The notes beneath the pieces are model-generated. The model saw nothing but the letters and a program-made list of their open reading frames with translations. It did no database searches and was not told the origin of the DNA. This document shows, in pieces, positions 12,649-24,902 of a stretch of DNA of 64,000 nt. Position 1 is the first letter of the stretch. The number at the start of each line of letters is the position of its first letter. Source of the stretch: Ranitomeya imitator (lineage: Eukaryota); contig NC_091283.1 in NCBI RefSeq assembly GCF_032444005.1, forward strand, positions 401,884,001-401,948,000, in the 5' to 3' direction. Position numbers and translations under genes: made by a program.

Positions 12649-13848
12649 TTGAAGACACAAAAAGAGCACAGCGAGGTGAAAAATACTCTGTTGTAAAGAA
12701 GTCACAGTAAATAAGCAAGTGCTAGACAAAAAATGAAAAAATACAGGGTATTTAGTTAATACTTTTTTTGCAAAAAAATGTACATTAAGCTGCTCCACCA
12801 ATTGTCAAGGAATACCCATAATAGAACAGTCCTATCTAGTGTATATAATCCCTATCTGATGTATTTAAAAACCTGATCATCTGTATAGTACATGTATAAG
12901 CAGGGTTCAGAGAGAAAATATCCATGTGGACATGCTGGATGGAACAGCTTCAGTGCAAATGGCCCACAGAGGAGTGGTGGACTCCCCAGTCTTGTAGAAA
13001 CAAGAGAACAATTATAGAACCAAAAACACATGGGCTACTTGCACAGTGAACAAGTCTGTAGAAACCTGTTCACACCACCAAGAAACTTGAAGACACAAAA
13101 AGAGCACAGCGAGGTCAAAAATACTCTGTTGTAAAGAAGTCACAGTAAATAAGCAAGTGCTAGTCAAAAAATGAAAAAAATACAGGGTATTTAGTTAATA
13201 CTTTGCTCCACCAATCGTCAAGGTATACCCATAATAGAGCAGTCCTATCTAATGTATATAATTTCTACAATAATTTTTTATTGTTATAGCGCCATTTATT
13301 CCATGGCGCTTTACATGTGAGGAGGGGTATACATAATTAAAACAAGTACAATAATCTTAAACAATACAAATCATAACTGGTACAGGAGGAGTGAGGACCC
13401 TGCCCGCGAAGGCTCACAATCTACAAGGGATGGGTGAGAATACAGTAGGTGAGGATAGAGCTGGTCATGCAGCGGTTTGGTCGATCGGTGGTTACTGCAG
13501 GTTGTAGGCTATATATAGTATATATATAGTACTATACAGATGATCAGGTTTTTAAATACATCAGATAGGGATTATATACATTAGATAGGACTGCTCTATT
13601 ATGGGTATACCTTGACGATTGGTGGAGCAGCTTAATATACATTTTTTTGCAAAAAAAACGTATTAACTAAATACCCTGTATTTTTTTCATTTTTTGACTA
13701 GCACTTGCTTATTTACTGTGACTTCTTTACAACAGAGTATTTTTGACCTCGCTGTGCTCTTTTTGTGTCTTCATGTTTCTTGGTGGTGTGAACAGGTTTC
13801 TACACACTTGTTCACTGTGCAAGTAGCCCATGTGTTTTTGGTTCTATA
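12649..13848. mobile_element. ORF-less tandem+inverted insertion with 15-bp TSD in the CYP2 upstream region
   Basis: ACTGTTTCAGGTTTT at 12634..12648 and 13849..13863; about 440-bp unit, partial direct repeat from about 13089, inverted copy about 13510..13848. Confidence 0.75.
13270..13510 (-). mobile_element. L2 3' end fragment
   Basis: Reverse complement of the L2 terminus at 53150..53420, including the GCGCCATGGAATAAATGGCGC hairpin. Confidence 0.8.
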
Positions 13849-14824
13849 ACTGTTTCAGGTTTTGCAGTTACATTATTTACCACTTTCAAGATCTCTGCTT
13901 GCTGTTAGTCAAAACATTATTATTCTCTCCCAGGTACTGAAAAACCTATATATTCAACTGATATCGGAGCATGGTTCGTTACAGTGTATCAGAAATCTCG
14001 AGCACTTGAGTGGGCCATGGAAGGCACAGAGCTGTCGGCCGAGGTGCAAGCCGTCCCATTGTTCACGGCGCCAGTCAATGGTTTACATTCATGACTGAGC
14101 CATTTTTCTTTTCCTCAGGATGTCCCTCATGTTAGCACGACAGAAGGTAGTCCTACTCATTCTTTATGGACAGGAACACACAAAAGAGGTTAAAAGCCCC
14201 CTTCCACCTCACCCCCAGTGTTTTTTTGTGTCCCTAGCAGGACAGAGCACAGCAAGAGGAGCGCAGGAGTGAGATCTACTTACCGGAGCCCAGTGGGATG
14301 GGAGGGGACTGGATCTCTTCCCTTCCAGCTGTCAAGAAGCTCCGAGGCTGATACCTCACTGAGCGGGGTCCCTCAGCCTGTCGGTGGAGCAGGACGGAGC
14401 TTCCGACTTCGCTGCTTCCCTCTCCGGAGACCTCTCGCCACCACGCTGCTGCCGGCCGCTGGACTTCTGGTCATGCAGACTGGTGTGCGTTCCAGCGTGG
14501 AATGCATTGCCGGCTGGGGGAGGCCTTCGGATGATGCGCGTGCGTTCCAGCATGGAGTGCACTTCCGGTTTAGAGGGGCACTTCCTATAAAAGCGGCGCA
14601 GCGTGCGTTCCAACCAGGAACACAAGAAAAGACTATGGGGTTAATGTGAAGGCCACTTGGACAAGGTAAGACCCTATAAAATGGTGCTGACAGAGTGGTG
14701 TGGAGTGAGCAGTCTGAACCATGGCGGTTAATCCATCACACTCAGAAGCACCAGCCGAGCAGTCCTTGGCCAGTGTAAGTAACACCCATAGCGTCTACTT
14801 CATCAATCTGTTTCATAGTGGCCA

Positions 14825-16859
14825 TGCAGCGCCCCAGAGACCTGGTCGTTGCAGTAGTATCGCTCTGCCACTAAGGGGAGTGATGGTACGTCTGATGGCA
14901 CTAAAGGAGTTCATCTGACCAGGTATCACCAGCACACATTACACTTCACACTCCGGCCACTAGGGGGAGCAAAAGATTTTATTTATTAGGCCACTCCTCA
15001 CACTGGTAAAACTAGGGGTTGGATAGGAAGTTAGTCAGAAGCTGACTGGGTTTTGTTCAGGCAACATCCCGTGGCAGGGGGTGTTGCGGGGGGGGGGGGA
15101 AGATTCAGGGGGGTCCCTGTCAGGCGTGGGAACCTGGCAGGCACCTAGCGACAAGGATAGAACGTTACAGAGCTGCGCCTGCGCTATCTGCGGCGGCATC
15201 CAAAGAAAGGACATGAAGCGAAGGATATTGTGGACAGTGAGAAACCAGATAAAAGCACAAAGGAGAGCCAGTAGGAGTCATGCCCGGAGAACGGCAACAT
15301 CCTACTGAGGCGCGTAGCCGGTGCCCGAAACACCGAGGAAGTGACTGACTTTATGCCTTACTTCAAATACCGCAGGACAATTAATTATAGGTTGGCTGTC
15401 TACCTTACATCACCTAAGCAGACATAGGGGGCAAGCGTGGAGAGGGGCGTCTCTAGGGTCCCAGAATAGCTCCGAGCCTTCCCGTCAAACGGGTGTGTCC
15501 TATCCAGATAACATTGGGGGACAGAGAAAGAACGAGAATAGAAGTTGTGAGGACTATCCAGAATGCTCAGCAGGGAAGCACTACAACACACCTGCAAAGG
15601 GCACTCTGGATGTGTTTTCGGACCGGCCGGTCTCAGACAGCCCTGTTAACTGTGCTCTGGATTGCGGATCCTGAAGTCTTCAGTAAAGAGGTAAAGAGAC
15701 TGCAACCCTGTGTTCTCGTTATTGTCTGCACCTCACACCATCACCATCCACCTTACTGGGAAGCCCTGGGGACATACTTTCCTCAAGGATCCGTCCTTTC
15801 CTCAACCCCCAATCTACTAAAATGCTTGTGCACGTCCTCATCATTTCCCGCCTTGACTACTGCAACATCCTTTTCTGTGGCCTCCCTGCTAACACCCTTG
15901 CACCTCTCCAGTCCATCCTTAACTCTGCTGCCCGACTAATCCATCTCTCTCCTCGCTACTCCTCCGCTTCCCCCCTCTGCAAATCTCTTCACTGGCTCCC
16001 ATTCCCTCAGCGTATCCAGTTCAAATTGCTAATACTGACCTACAAAGCCATCCACAACCTGTCTCCTCCATATATCTCTGAACTAATCTCTCGATATCTT
16101 CCCTCACTTGATCTCCGGTCCTCCCAAGACCTCCTTCTCTCCTCCACACTTATTCGCTCCTCATCCAATCGCCTCCAAGACTTCTCCCGAACATCCCCCA
16201 TCCTCTGGAACTCTCTGCCCCAACACGTCCGACTATCAACCACAGTCGGATCCTTCAGACGGAACCTGAAAACTCATCTCTTCAGGAAAGTCTACAGCCT
16301 GCACTGACACCGCTGCTGCCTCATCACTATCGAAGCTACCGCCTCACCAACACCGGAGCTACCGCCTCACCAACACCGGAGCTACTGCTTCACCAACACC
16401 GGAGCTCCTGCATCCCTCAACCTACTGTCTCCTTCCCCATAATCCTGTATAATGTAAGCCCGCAAGGGCAGGGTCCTCGCCCCTCTGTATCAGTCCGTCA
16501 TTGTTAGTTTGTTTACTGTATGTGATATTTGTAACTTGTATGTAACCCCTTCTCATGTACAGCACCATGGAATCAATGGTGCTATATAAATAAATAATAA
16601 TAATAATAATAATACTTCACCTGTGGGAAGGTATACCATCTAGCTGACATCACATCACCCCAGTGGACCCCAAGCAGCGTCGGTCACCCTGACCGAACAC
16701 CACAGGTGGCGTCACAAACCCTTCACAGACTCGTATCACCTTTTATTGGACGCCCCTTAGCAGGGTCACGGACCGGGTCCAGCCACCGTGCAACCCCAGA
16801 ACTGAGCCGGAGAGGACCAGTACCGAGTAACCCACGGCCCTGCGTCTGGGGGCGCTCCA
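14825..16859 (+). repeat. Solo LTR (family copy A) containing an L2 insertion
   Basis: TGCAGCGCCCC...GGGGGCGCTCCA; 4-bp TSD GCCA at 14821..14824 and 16860..16863. Confidence 0.85.
15780..16612 (+). mobile_element. 5'-truncated L2 LINE
   Basis: ORF 15822..16307 (LIISRLDYCN..LHWLP..FRRNLKTHLF), 3' hairpin, (TAA)n tail. Confidence 0.9.
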
Positions 16860-17208
16860 GCCACTTAGTAAAAGTACGAAAAATGTTCTATCTTTTAATT
16901 AGGATTAAGAGACTCCCTTAAGATCAGGCTCCTCTTCCCGGAAAAGACAGATGAAATGCCAGACATGCAAAAAAAAAAGCTCGCAGCTATGTGCTGAGTG
17001 TGTTGCGAAATTCCTGAAGAACAAGCACACATCCTTTTTTTTTTTCAACAATAAGTTTTTATTGAAACATTTTCAAGTTTACAAATGATGCAATAACTAA
17101 GGTATCATTACAAACTGTAAATTCAACATGTGCATAAAAAGCGTGTAAGCAAGTAACACGTAGTTCTTTGATCAAACAACTACAAGGGGTAGGGGGGAGA
17201 TGGAGTTA

Positions 17209-17967
17209 TGGTACCGTCACACTATACAATTTACCTACGATCACGACCAGCGATACGACCTGGCCGTGATCGTAGGTAAATCGTAGTGTGGTCGCTGGGG
17301 AGCTATCACACAGACAGCTCTCCAGCGACCAACGATGCCGAAGTCCCCGGGTAACCAGGGTAAACATCGGGTTACTAAGCGCAGGACCGCGCTTAGTAAC
17401 CCGATGTTTACCCTGGTTACAAGCGTAAAACTAAAAAAAAACAAACAGCACATACTTACATTCTGGTGTCCGTCAGGTCCCTTGCCGTCTGCTTCCCGCA
17501 CTCACTGACTGCCGGCCGTAAAGTGAAAGTGAAAGCACAGCCGCTGTGCTCTGCTTTCACTTTACGGCCGGCAGTCACAGTGTGGGAAGCAGACGGCAAG
17601 GGACCTGACGGACACCAGAATGTAAGTATGTGCTGTTTGTTTTTTTTTAGTTTTACGCTTGTAACCAGGGTAAACATCGGGTTACTAAGCGCGGCCCTGC
17701 GCTTAGTAACCCGATGTTTACCCTGGTTACAAGCGAGCGCATCGCTGGATCGCATCGCTAGATCGGTGTCACACACACCGATCTAGCGATGACAGCGGGA
17801 GATCCAGCGACGAAAGAAAGTTCTAAACGATCTGCTACGACCTACGATTCTCAGCAGGATCCCTGATCGCTGCTGCGTGTCAGACACAGCGATATCGTAA
17901 CGATATCGCTGGAACGTCACGAATAGTACCGTCGTAGCGATCGAAATGGCACAGTGTGACGGTACCC
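17209..17967. mobile_element. Harbinger-type palindromic MITE in the L1 3' UTR
   Basis: TTA|(T)GGTACCGTCACAC ... GTGTGACGGTACCC|TAA; internal arms are inverted. Confidence 0.8.
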
Positions 17968-18056
17968 TAAGGCACAAAAGGGGGAAAGAGGAAAGGGGAG
18001 GGGGGGGGGGGGAGGCCCGAGGATGAGATTGCGTTGTGTACAGTAGTTATGAAGAG

Positions 18057-21000
18057 TTATTCTGAATCAGACAGTTCAGGGTTAGTTAGGTAAAGTGCAG
18101 GTACCGCAAAGGAAGTGTGGTTGGTGTATTCCGCCCAGGGAAGCCATACTCTTTCAAATTTACCAACTTTGTCCATAAGAATAGCCGACAGTTTCTCATT
18201 AATCATATACCAGGAGAGGCGAGACTTAACTGCGGAAAAATCTATAGCTGTTTTTTTCCAGGCCAAAGCTATTGTTTGCTTGGTTGCTAGAAATATAAAT
18301 GATATAAGAGCCTGGGTGTGTTTGGGAATGTTGGGGATGCTTTTATTGAGCAGGGCCTCCCAAGGGTTCTTTCTGAGGTTTATATTTGTGACCGAGAAAA
18401 CTAAATGGTAAACTCTGATCCACAGTCTCCTAACAGTCGGGCATAGCCACCAGATATGGAACATGTCTCCAGTAGAGTTGCATCCTCTGAAGCAGTTTGG
18501 GGGGTAGTTGGCCACTGCCTTAGCTACTCTCGCTGGGGTCAGGTACCAACGGGTTAATACTTTATAGTTAGTTTCTAACATAAGGGTATTGAGGATTCCT
18601 CCAGTTGAGGAGGACCAAATTTGGGACCATTCGGAGTCAGTCAGGGTAGATCCAATATTGGACTCCCATCGAGATGTATATTTTAAACAATTTCTATGTG
18701 AGGGGGAGTTGATTTGCGAATAGAGGAGAGATATAGTACCTGAGGCGTGGGGGTTTTGGTGGCATCTTTGTTCAAATGGAGTGAAAGAGTATGGGGGGAT
18801 CAGAATTCTTCAGTAAAGAGCTGATAAAGTTCTTAAGTTGCAAATATCGAAATACCTCTCCGGGGGGGAAACCATATTTTTCTCTAAGGGTTGGGAATGG
18901 GATAATCACGTCTACATTAAAGAGGTGGTGGACTTTAGTTATCCCCGCTTCAACCCACTTATAGAAGTATCTTAGGGGACCCATACCTGGGGGAAATAGA
19001 ACATTGCCCCAAATTGGGGCGAGAGGCAAGACGGGTGAGATTAATTGTGAGGAGTACTTGTGGGAGTCCCAGATTGTAAGGGAATGCTTTATTATGGGGT
19101 TTGAAATATGTTTACGTTGGGTTGGGAGAATCCATAGTATTGTGTCTAGAGTGTCGGGTTTTAGCTCTGCGGCTTCTAGAGAAAGCCATAATGGGCGGTG
19201 TAGGCATGATACAGGGTCAGTTGGCTTAATTGAGCTGCGCGATAGTATTTAGAGAGGTTGGGAACTCCCAGACCTCCTTTTAGGCGATGTCGGTAGAGAG
19301 TAGCTTTGTTAACCCTGGGGAGACCTCTCCAAACAAAGGCATCTGTTGCTCTTTGGGCCATTTTAAGGAAGTGCGATGGGATGGGGATTGGTAGGACACA
19401 AAATAAGTAAAGTAACTTGGGAAGGATAGACATTTTAAGGGCTCGCACACGGCCTAACCATGAAAGATGCAATTTCTTCCAAGACTGTAGCAAAAGGCGA
19501 AGTTTTCGAAACATGGGGGGGATAGTTGGCCGTATAGAGAGAGTCTAGGTTAGCCATCAGTTTCACTCCCAAATAGTCCAAGTGTTTAGTAACCCACTGG
19601 AAAGGAAAGTCGTTTTGGAGATTTGTTATAGTTGATTGTGGGAGGGATATATTCATAGCGTAGGATTTGGTGGTGTTTATTTGCAGGCCGGATAATGCTC
19701 CAAAGTTTTGTAAGGCTTGGAGAAGGGCCGGTAAAGACTTCTGGGGGGACGATAAAAGGAGCAGGATGTCGTCTGCAAACATGAGTAGCTTGTGTGGGAC
19801 CACCGCTACCTCTACCCCTTGTATGCTGGAGTTGAGGCGTAGTTGGATGGCTAGTGGTTCGAGCGCTAGAAGAAACAGTAGGGGTGAGAGAGGGCAACCC
19901 TGTCGGGTGCCTCTGCTGATTGGAAAAAGCGTAGAGGAAAAGCCACTATAGCGCACATAGGCGGAAGGGGAACTATAGAGTGCGTGAATCCAGGAGAGAA
20001 AATGGTCGGGAAACTTCCATCTCTGCAGCACCGCAAACAGATAGGGCCACGATACAGAGTCGAAGGCTTTTTTAATGTCTAATGACAGTAGCATACTTGA
20101 TATATTACGGTGTTTGCAGAGATGTAGCAGGTGGGAAACCCTCTGTATGTTGTCAGAGGCCTGTCGACGCGGAACAAAGCCTACTTGGTCTTTATGGATT
20201 AATGCACCTAAGCCTGAGTTCAATCTTTGGGATAGGATTTTAGCCAATATTTTAAGGTCTATATTAACTAGAGATATCGGCCTATAATTAGACCAGAGTA
20301 AGTGATCTGTGTTGGGCTTAGGTATCATAGAGATTGCAGCCATTAATGAGGCCGCACCTGGTTTGTTTCCGTCTCTCAGGGAATTGAAGTAATTGATGAG
20401 GTGGGGGATCAGTACCGGGGCGTATTTCTTATAGTAAAGGGCCGTGAACCCATCGGGGCCTGGTTTTTTGTTAGTTTTCAAATTTTTAATGGCTATCTCA
20501 ATTTCGCTAGGAGTTATGGCTTGATCAAGGAGTTCGATCATGTCGGGGCTAAGGGCTGGAAGGGGAACCGAGTCCAAAAAGTTCTTCAGGGTGTCTGTGT
20601 CTGTGGCAGTTGGGGCACTGTACAACTGTCTAAGTTTCTGTTGAAATAAACAGACAATTTGTTGTGGGTTGGTTGTGACACCTGTGGAGGTGCGGAGACG
20701 TATGGGGGGTCTAGGTAAAGGTTGGCATTTCAAGCGGTGAGCGAGGTTGGAGTTATTTTTATTGTTAAGGGCATAGAAGTGTTGCTGTGACCAGCGTATA
20801 GCTCTGTCAGCATTCTCAGAGAGGTGTAGATCTAATTCCGTCCGTGCGTGGAGAAGATCTCGATACGTAGCAGGTAGGGGTACAGTTTTCATCTGGGACT
20901 CCAAAGTTGACACCCTGCTCTCCAATTCCGCTATCTTCGCGTTTCTATCTTTTTTCTTACGAGAGGCCTCTTGGATACAGAAGCCTCTGAGTACTGCTTT

Positions 21001-21862
21001 GTGTGCCTCCCATAGGGAAACTGGCGAAGAAGCTGATTGCTTGTTCAAAAAGAAATATTCTTCAATGTGGTTTTCAGTTTTTGGGCGATGTCAGGATAGG
21101 AGAGCAGAGAGTCGTTTAGGGTCCAGTTGAACGAGCAGGGCCGCGGGTGGAGTGTTGAGCATGTGACCAGGTATGGGGAATGGTCTGACCAGGGGGTAGT
21201 TTGGATTGAGATGTTTGATATGTTGGGAATAAAGGAAGGATGGACTAAGACATGATCAATTCTGGTGTATACTAGGTGGCGTGCGGAGAAAAAGGTATAA
21301 TCTCTTTCGGTGGGGTGAAGTTCCCTCCATAGGTCTATCCAGTGATATTGGGAGAGAAGTTTGTTGAGGACAGTCGAGTCAGCCGAAGGGTATGGGGACG
21401 GAGGAGTAGGAGAATGGGGGCTTAAGGATTTGTCTAGGTTAGCTTTAAGTATGCAATTGGAGTCTCCACATAGAATTGTGGTGCCCTGTGCGTGTTCTGA
21501 AATTAGTTCCAATAGTTGAAAAGAAAAGGCAGCCTGATGAATATTAGGGGCACCAATTCGTCTATTATAGTGCCCGTCACCATAATATAGCAGCCTTCCT
21601 TATCAACTACTGAAGACTTAAAAACAAACGGGACAGATTTCTTGAAACAGATAGCTACGCCTTTGGTTTTGTTTGGGGCATCAGTGGAGTAAAAGAGCGG
21701 GTAAGAGGCGGACAAGAATCTAGGACAGAATTTAGTTGAGAAGTGCGTCTCCTGGAGACATACTACATCTGCCTGCTGGAATCTATAATAGCGGAAAGCT
21801 TTGGTGCGTTTGTGTGGGGAGTTGAGTCCCCTCACGTTGTGCGATAAGATTGTGAGTGGCAT
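18057..21862 (-). pseudogene. L1 ORF2 (APE endonuclease, RT, C-terminal domain), frameshifted
   Basis: Six ORF pieces: [59 protein letters not shown]. Confidence 0.93.
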
Positions 21863-22707
21863 TGTGGGAGGTTGGGAGGTAAGCTTGTGGTAATTATTAC
21901 TTGCGGTATATCAATGGGGTGGAGGACGTCCTATAGAATGGACTTGATGAGTAGTGTAAGCTCGGGCAGGTAGCTGGGTTAGGGGATGGGATAGATTGGA
22001 AAGTGCCTATGGTGTAGGTGGGGTAAAAAGGCTTGTTAAGGGGAAAGGAGGAACTGTAATATTGGCTAAGCACTATGTGCTGAGCAGCAGTGTGCGAGGA
22101 CACTGTGGGGTCGTTGGGGTCTGATAGGTGCAGCGAGTGAGAGAAAATTGTATGCGGTCGTAACGGGGTACTAGAGTAAATGGGTAATAACGACGAGCTG
22201 GGGGTCTGATTCTGCTATCCTGGGGATATTCAATGATGGCCTATCTTGTCAACTTATTATAGCTGCTAGTAAACGGGGGGCATAGATCTGATAACAAAAC
22301 ATAACAACTGTGCCTAAAAAATATAGCTAGCTAAGGCCATGGTGTAACTTTACAGTTTAAACATTACAGCAAGGTAGGATATGTGTAACCTGTCGCTAAA
22401 GCGTAACAGTTAACAGATAAAAAGAAGAAGAAACAACACTGTATTAACTAGTAGATTGAGCATATTCACTTGTCTGTAGTGAAGATCAGGTCCGGCGATA
22501 AGTTCAATCCAGTCCAATGTCCCAGCCGGGGTGAAGGAAGCAATAGTTTCCGGCAGGGGAATGTTGAAGTTGCGCAGTTCAGGAGCGTCTATGGAGATAA
22601 ACTAAGAAAACACATATAACCAAATTATCCTAGAACTGTGGAGTATCTGACAGGATAGCCAGTAGGGCATCAGGGGCCCAGAATAGAGCCAGCGGTTGTT
22701 AAGCTTG

Positions 22708-23691
22708 TCACGGGGGGTCAGGCGGAGCTCGCGTACGGGATCGGCGGCTCTCAGGCCGAGGCTGAGAGGGGGCAAGCGGAGAAGATGAAGCGGAATCCAT
22801 GAGCTGTAATTTGGCCAAGCAACGGCTCGCTCCCTCGGGGGAGAGAACCGTGTGGATCATATCGTGATGAGAGAATATCAATTTAAAGGGGAATCCCCAG
22901 CGATATTTGATATTGTTGGATCGCAGTACCTCCAAGTACGGCTTCATGGCTCGACGTTTGGCGATAGTAGTGGGGGCCAAATCTGAGAACAGCTCGTACG
23001 AGTGGCCCTGGAATGTTAGCGGTGCAGATTTTCTAGCCGCCTGCAGGAGCTGCTCTTTAGTTTTGTAAAAGTGCATTTTAAGAATGATGTCTCTCGGTGG
23101 GCCATCTGGCTTGAGCCTTCTCAGGGCTCTATGGATGCGGTCCATTTCTAGGCGCTCAATGGAGATTCCCGGTAGGAGTTCTTGAAACAGGGCAGTCGCG
23201 GTGGATTGTAGATCAGTGACCGTTTCTGGTATACCTCTGATCCTGATATTGCTTCTACGGTCTCGGTTTTCAAAGTTCTCTAGCTTGCTGTTGAGGGTGT
23301 GGATCTCGTCATGTAGCATCTCGATATCTTTTTCGTGGGTTGCTAGGTTTGCAATGGTTGAGTCCATTTTGTCTTCAAGGTCAGAGGTACGGGAACCGAG
23401 TTCTCTGATTTCTTTGGTTAGGTCCTTAGTCAATTTGTCTGACATCTTGAGCAGTTCAGAATGTAAAATAGATTGGAACTGCGACAGTAGAGCAGATTGA
23501 TCTGGGGTAGGGGTGTTAGGGGTCTTGGTTGTTGAGGCCGGGATCATCTCAGATTCTGCTCCGTCGGGTATAGAAGAGTTAGAGGACTCTGACTGCGAGA
23601 ACGGACCGGAAGACATGTCAGCCTCCAGGTCTGTTAATACGGCAAACCTGTTGCTGGATTGTTTTGAAGTGGTTCTGCGCGCTTTAGGCAT
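22708..23691 (-). CDS. L1 ORF1p (coiled coil, RRM, CTD), open 327 aa
   Basis: LENFENRDRRSNIRIRGIPE, DRIHRAL, PRDIILK, KYRWGFPFKL are typical L1 ORF1 motifs. Confidence 0.92.
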   Translation of the reverse strand: MPKARRTTSKQSSNRFAVLTDLEADMSSGPFSQSESSNSSIPDGAESEMIPASTTKTPNTPTPDQSALLSQFQSILHSELLKMSDKLTKDLTKEIRELGSRTSDLEDKMDSTIANLATHEKDIEMLHDEIHTLNSKLENFENRDRRSNIRIRGIPETVTDLQSTATALFQELLPGISIERLEMDRIHRALRRLKPDGPPRDIILKMHFYKTKEQLLQAARKSAPLTFQGHSYELFSDLAPTTIAKRRAMKPYLEVLRSNNIKYRWGFPFKLIFSHHDMIHTVLSPEGASRCLAKLQLMDSASSSPLAPSQPRPESRRSRTRAPPDPP

Positions 23692-23939
23692 GAGGTCAAT
23701 TAGAGTATGGGTGGGAGTAAAACCCCGTGATATTTTTCCCCCCCGTATTAAGAAGGCTATGGTCTAAGACAGGACATATTGCGCAGTAACCCCTAGCAGA
23801 TGCGCGAGGGTTCGGTTAGGGCATTGCAACAATCTTTATGTTATTCCGTATACTAAGTCTAATTAGATTGTGCCAGTGGAGGTTGGCTCGAGTTAATAAG
23901 TAGCAGGTCTGGAGGCCGGCAGAGCCAGAAGCTGTCCAC

Positions 23940-24902
23940 AGGGGCCAGGAAGGGAACCACGATGGTGACAGCCCGTCACGGGCTGTGCGTATCTAGCGGA
24001 GGAGGACAGCAACCCCCCTGTGTTCAAGGCTCAGACCCCTCACTGATGGCCCAGGTGGGGGAATATAGCATGAGGTGACCTCTCACCTCTTCAGTCCGGC
24101 GTCGGGAGGTCCTCTGTCCACCAGAGGGCTTCGGGTTTCCCACAGCAGAGCGGTGGAGCGATTGTGCTCGGGCGTGCAGCTTCAGGGGATCAGTGCACAG
24201 CGTCTGTGGGGCCGCAATTAATGGCGGCACGTCCCTCACTTGTCTTTCAAGCAGCCGGCCAACAGCATGGGCCGCGCGCCCCCTAGCGGCCACAGCCTCC
24301 GCCGCGAGGCCCAAGCGTCGGGAGAAGCCCAGGGGATCAGCAGGCGGCACAATGCGGCGGCAGTTCCGGGGCAGCCGGTGCGTGGGTGAGTACCGCCGGT
24401 TTGTCTCTTCAGCGGTGCAAATCGGGACGCACGCCGCCACCTTTATGGCCCAGGGGGAGGCAGGACAACACGTGGGCCCGCGGCGTCCGCCGCAACTCAC
24501 CGCCTGGCGGCCCCCGCTCTCACTCGGCGACGTCCCGACCCCGGCAGCAGGGATCCTCCGGTTCCGGGGTGGTGGGGGTGGACGGACTTCACTGCCCGTT
24601 GACGTCTGGGTCGTCCCGCTATTACAGGGAGGTGCAGGGAGCTCTCCGGCCGGAAGCCGGCCGCGCTGGTGTCTCACAGGCTTCAGGCCTGACTGTAGGC
24701 CTCGGACTGGCGCTGCGGTTCCAGACCGCTTTTTTTCACATCCGCGGCCAGATATTGCGTCCGTGGCCTGGGGGCTATATGTTGCTGCCCTTATTCCCTC
24801 TGGATGGGTGTCCGAATTATATTAAAGCGGGTGGATTACCCTAGCAGTTCAGGGAGCTCAGGGAAGCACGTCTTGCTTCTTTGGCAGCTGGCCATGCCCC
24901 TC
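23940..24902 (-). promoter_or_regulatory. CpG-rich L1 5' UTR / internal promoter
   Basis: Visibly dense CG dinucleotides and high GC upstream of ORF1; promoter role is inferred from L1 biology. Confidence 0.65.

Larger units (their letters stand above)
17040..24902 (-). mobile_element. Full-length L1-clade LINE
   Basis: 15-bp TSD GCACACATCCTTTTT at 17025..17039 and 24903..24917; TT|AAAAA endonuclease site on the minus strand; AATAAA and poly(A) at about 17040..17065; ORF1, ORF2 and GC-rich 5' UTR. Confidence 0.95.

Noticed and set aside
24024-24844. ORFs of 150-217 aa on both strands in the L1 5' UTR
   Set aside because: GC-rich, stop-poor CpG-island sequence giving low-complexity peptides; no evidence for a real ORF0-like product.
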